Source of the DNA: Candidatus Kuenenia stuttgartensis
GTDB taxonomy: Bacteria; Planctomycetota; Brocadiia; Brocadiales; Brocadiaceae
Length of the DNA stretch: 32,000 nucleotides
Reading direction: 5' to 3'
Assembly (NCBI RefSeq): GCF_900232105.1
Contig: NZ_LT934425.1
Span: forward strand, 2,040,001 to 2,072,000
Part shown: piece by piece, positions 30,638 through 32,000 of the stretch
Layout: the number at the start of each line of letters is the position of its first letter
Numbering within the stretch: position 1 is the stretch's first letter
The notes under the pieces: model-generated
Databases searched by the model: none
Seen by the model: only the letters and a program-made list of their open reading frames with translations
What the model was told of the DNA's origin: nothing
Translations under genes and position numbers: made by a program

Positions 30638-32000
30638 ATGCCCAGAGATATTCCCGTTGGAAACGGATCATTATTGGTGACCTTCGATTCAAGCTATTCG
30701 GTTCGGGATTTTTACTTCCCTTATGTTGGAAAAGAAAACCATACCAGGGGTTATCCATGCCGGTTTGGGCTATGGACACAGGAAGGTTTTTCGTGGATTA
30801 ATCCCAAAGAATGGAATATTTCTTTGGGGTATCTTGATGAAACGTTGGTGACTGCTGTGTTCCTCCGTCATGAAAAGCTGTGCCTTCAACTCATGTGTAA
30901 CGATGTAGTTGATTTTGAGAAAAATATTTATTTGCGGAAAATGATAATTAAAAACTCCGCCCCAACAGAAAGAGAAATACGTCTTTTTTTCCATCAGGAT
31001 CTGAGTGTTATGGAAAATGAAATTGGCGATACGGTGTTTTACGACGCAAAACAAAACTGCCTCATTCATTATAAAGGTCCCCGTTACTTTTTAATCAACT
31101 GTTCGGCCGGAGACGTGTGGGGGGTGCGCGAATACGCTACCGGCATAAAACGGCACCAGGGGGCGGAAGGCACCTGGCGTGATGCGGAAGACGGCATTCT
31201 GGGAGGTAATCCAATTGCCCAGGGATCTGTAGACTCGACAATCGGCATTTCCCTGAAAATCCCTCCTTTCGGAGAATCGGTTGCATACTATTGGATTGCC
31301 GTCGGCAGGACGTATGCCGAAGTAAATTTGTTAAATAATATTCTTTTAAGCGAAAAGCCGCAAGCCATACTCGACCGTACTGCAAGCTACTGGAAACATT
31401 GGGTCAATAAAGAGGAATTTAATTATGGGAACCTTCCGGCTGAAGTAATTAATCTCTTTAAACGCAGTTTGTTGGTGCTTAAAACACAGATCGACAACGG
31501 CGGGGCAATTATTGCTGCAAATGATTCGGATATCCTTCAATACGCAAAAGATACCTATAGTTATATGTGGCCAAGGGATGGTGCTTTAGTTGCCCATGCG
31601 CTCATGAGCGCTGGCTATAGCACTGTCTGCAGAAAGTTTTTTGACTTTTGTGCGAACGTGGTTGCTCCGTACAACTTTTGTGCAAGTGTTATGGTCGAAG
31701 ACGGCTTTTTATTGCACAAATACAACCCTGACGGTTCATTCGGCAGTTCGTGGCACCCTTGGGTAAGAGGAGAAGAAATACATGTGCCTATCCAGGAAGA
31801 CGAAACAGCCCTTCTTCTCTGGGCGATTGGGCAATATTATGACATGTATCGGAAAATCGATGTAATACGCCCGCTATACCATTCGTTTATTGAAAAGGCC
31901 GCAGATTTTCTTGTAAGCTACAGAGATGATGAAACGGAATTGCCCCTCCCTTCGTATGATCTTTGGGAAGAAAGACGCGGTATTTTATCGTTTACAGTAG
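30638..32000 (+). CDS. Glycoside hydrolase family 15 protein (glucoamylase / trehalase-like), 3' end beyond the window
   Basis: The frame is open from the ATG at 30638 to the window end (checked codon by codon); it is missing from the ORF track because it has no stop in the window. N-terminus MPRDIPVGNGSLLVTFD. Motifs YSYMWPRDGA, IQEDETALLLWA, LPLPSYDLWEERRG. Confidence 0.85.
   Translation, partial: MPRDIPVGNGSLLVTFDSSYSVRDFYFPYVGKENHTRGYPCRFGLWTQEGFSWINPKEWNISLGYLDETLVTAVFLRHEKLCLQLMCNDVVDFEKNIYLRKMIIKNSAPTEREIRLFFHQDLSVMENEIGDTVFYDAKQNCLIHYKGPRYFLINCSAGDVWGVREYATGIKRHQGAEGTWRDAEDGILGGNPIAQGSVDSTIGISLKIPPFGESVAYYWIAVGRTYAEVNLLNNILLSEKPQAILDRTASYWKHWVNKEEFNYGNLPAEVINLFKRSLLVLKTQIDNGGAIIAANDSDILQYAKDTYSYMWPRDGALVAHALMSAGYSTVCRKFFDFCANVVAPYNFCASVMVEDGFLLHKYNPDGSFGSSWHPWVRGEEIHVPIQEDETALLLWAIGQYYDMYRKIDVIRPLYHSFIEKAADFLVSYRDDETELPLPSYDLWEERRGILSFTV

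Noticed and set aside
30770-31540. Minus-strand ORFs 30770..31069, 31137..31385 and 31346..31540
   Set aside because: They are antisense to the GH15 gene, whose plus-strand frame is open from 30638 to the window end and carries family motifs.

Overview
This 32-kb window is roughly 40% GC by eye and looks Gram-negative, since it carries an LptF/LptG-type permease. All domain calls below come from motifs read by eye in the supplied translations; no HMM or BLAST search was possible.

**Accessory island (about 226-11121, all on the minus strand).** It encodes:
- a PLD(HKD)-SNF2 helicase fusion (1115 aa);
- a 1143-aa gamma-class N6-adenine DNA methyltransferase;
- a tightly coupled module of a 74-aa ORF, a 186-aa ORF, a DEAH helicase and a 76-aa Cys/His protein;
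- a decayed 3' remnant of a second, paralogous methyltransferase.

The gene content resembles class 1 DISARM, but it fits no canonical RM, BREX or DISARM layout that I know. This is my main candidate for an undescribed defence system. The methyltransferase also carries a 106-bp palindromic repeat inserted in frame.

**Rest of the window, mostly housekeeping.**
- Secreted SNase-ComEA nuclease, membrane-anchored vWA protein, AGCS symporter, lipoprotein, protoglobin-like protein.
- folK, LptF/G permease, comF, and hpf-ptsN followed by an HPr-EI fusion.
- TIGR03936-like protein, RNase E/G, rplU, rpmA, a ferritin-like protein, and a GH15 gene truncated at the window end.

**Repeats.** Intergenic DNA is saturated with interleaved repeat families:
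- a GTAGGGGCGAAGCATTTGCC palindrome family;
- a GTAACACTTTAGTTTTTTGAAAAA terminal-inverted-repeat family;
- a mosaic repeat of about 190-270 bp, two copies of which bracket the HPr-EI gene in inverted orientation;
- a MITE with 17-bp terminal inverted repeats and perfect 8-bp target-site duplications, for which an empty site is present in the same window.
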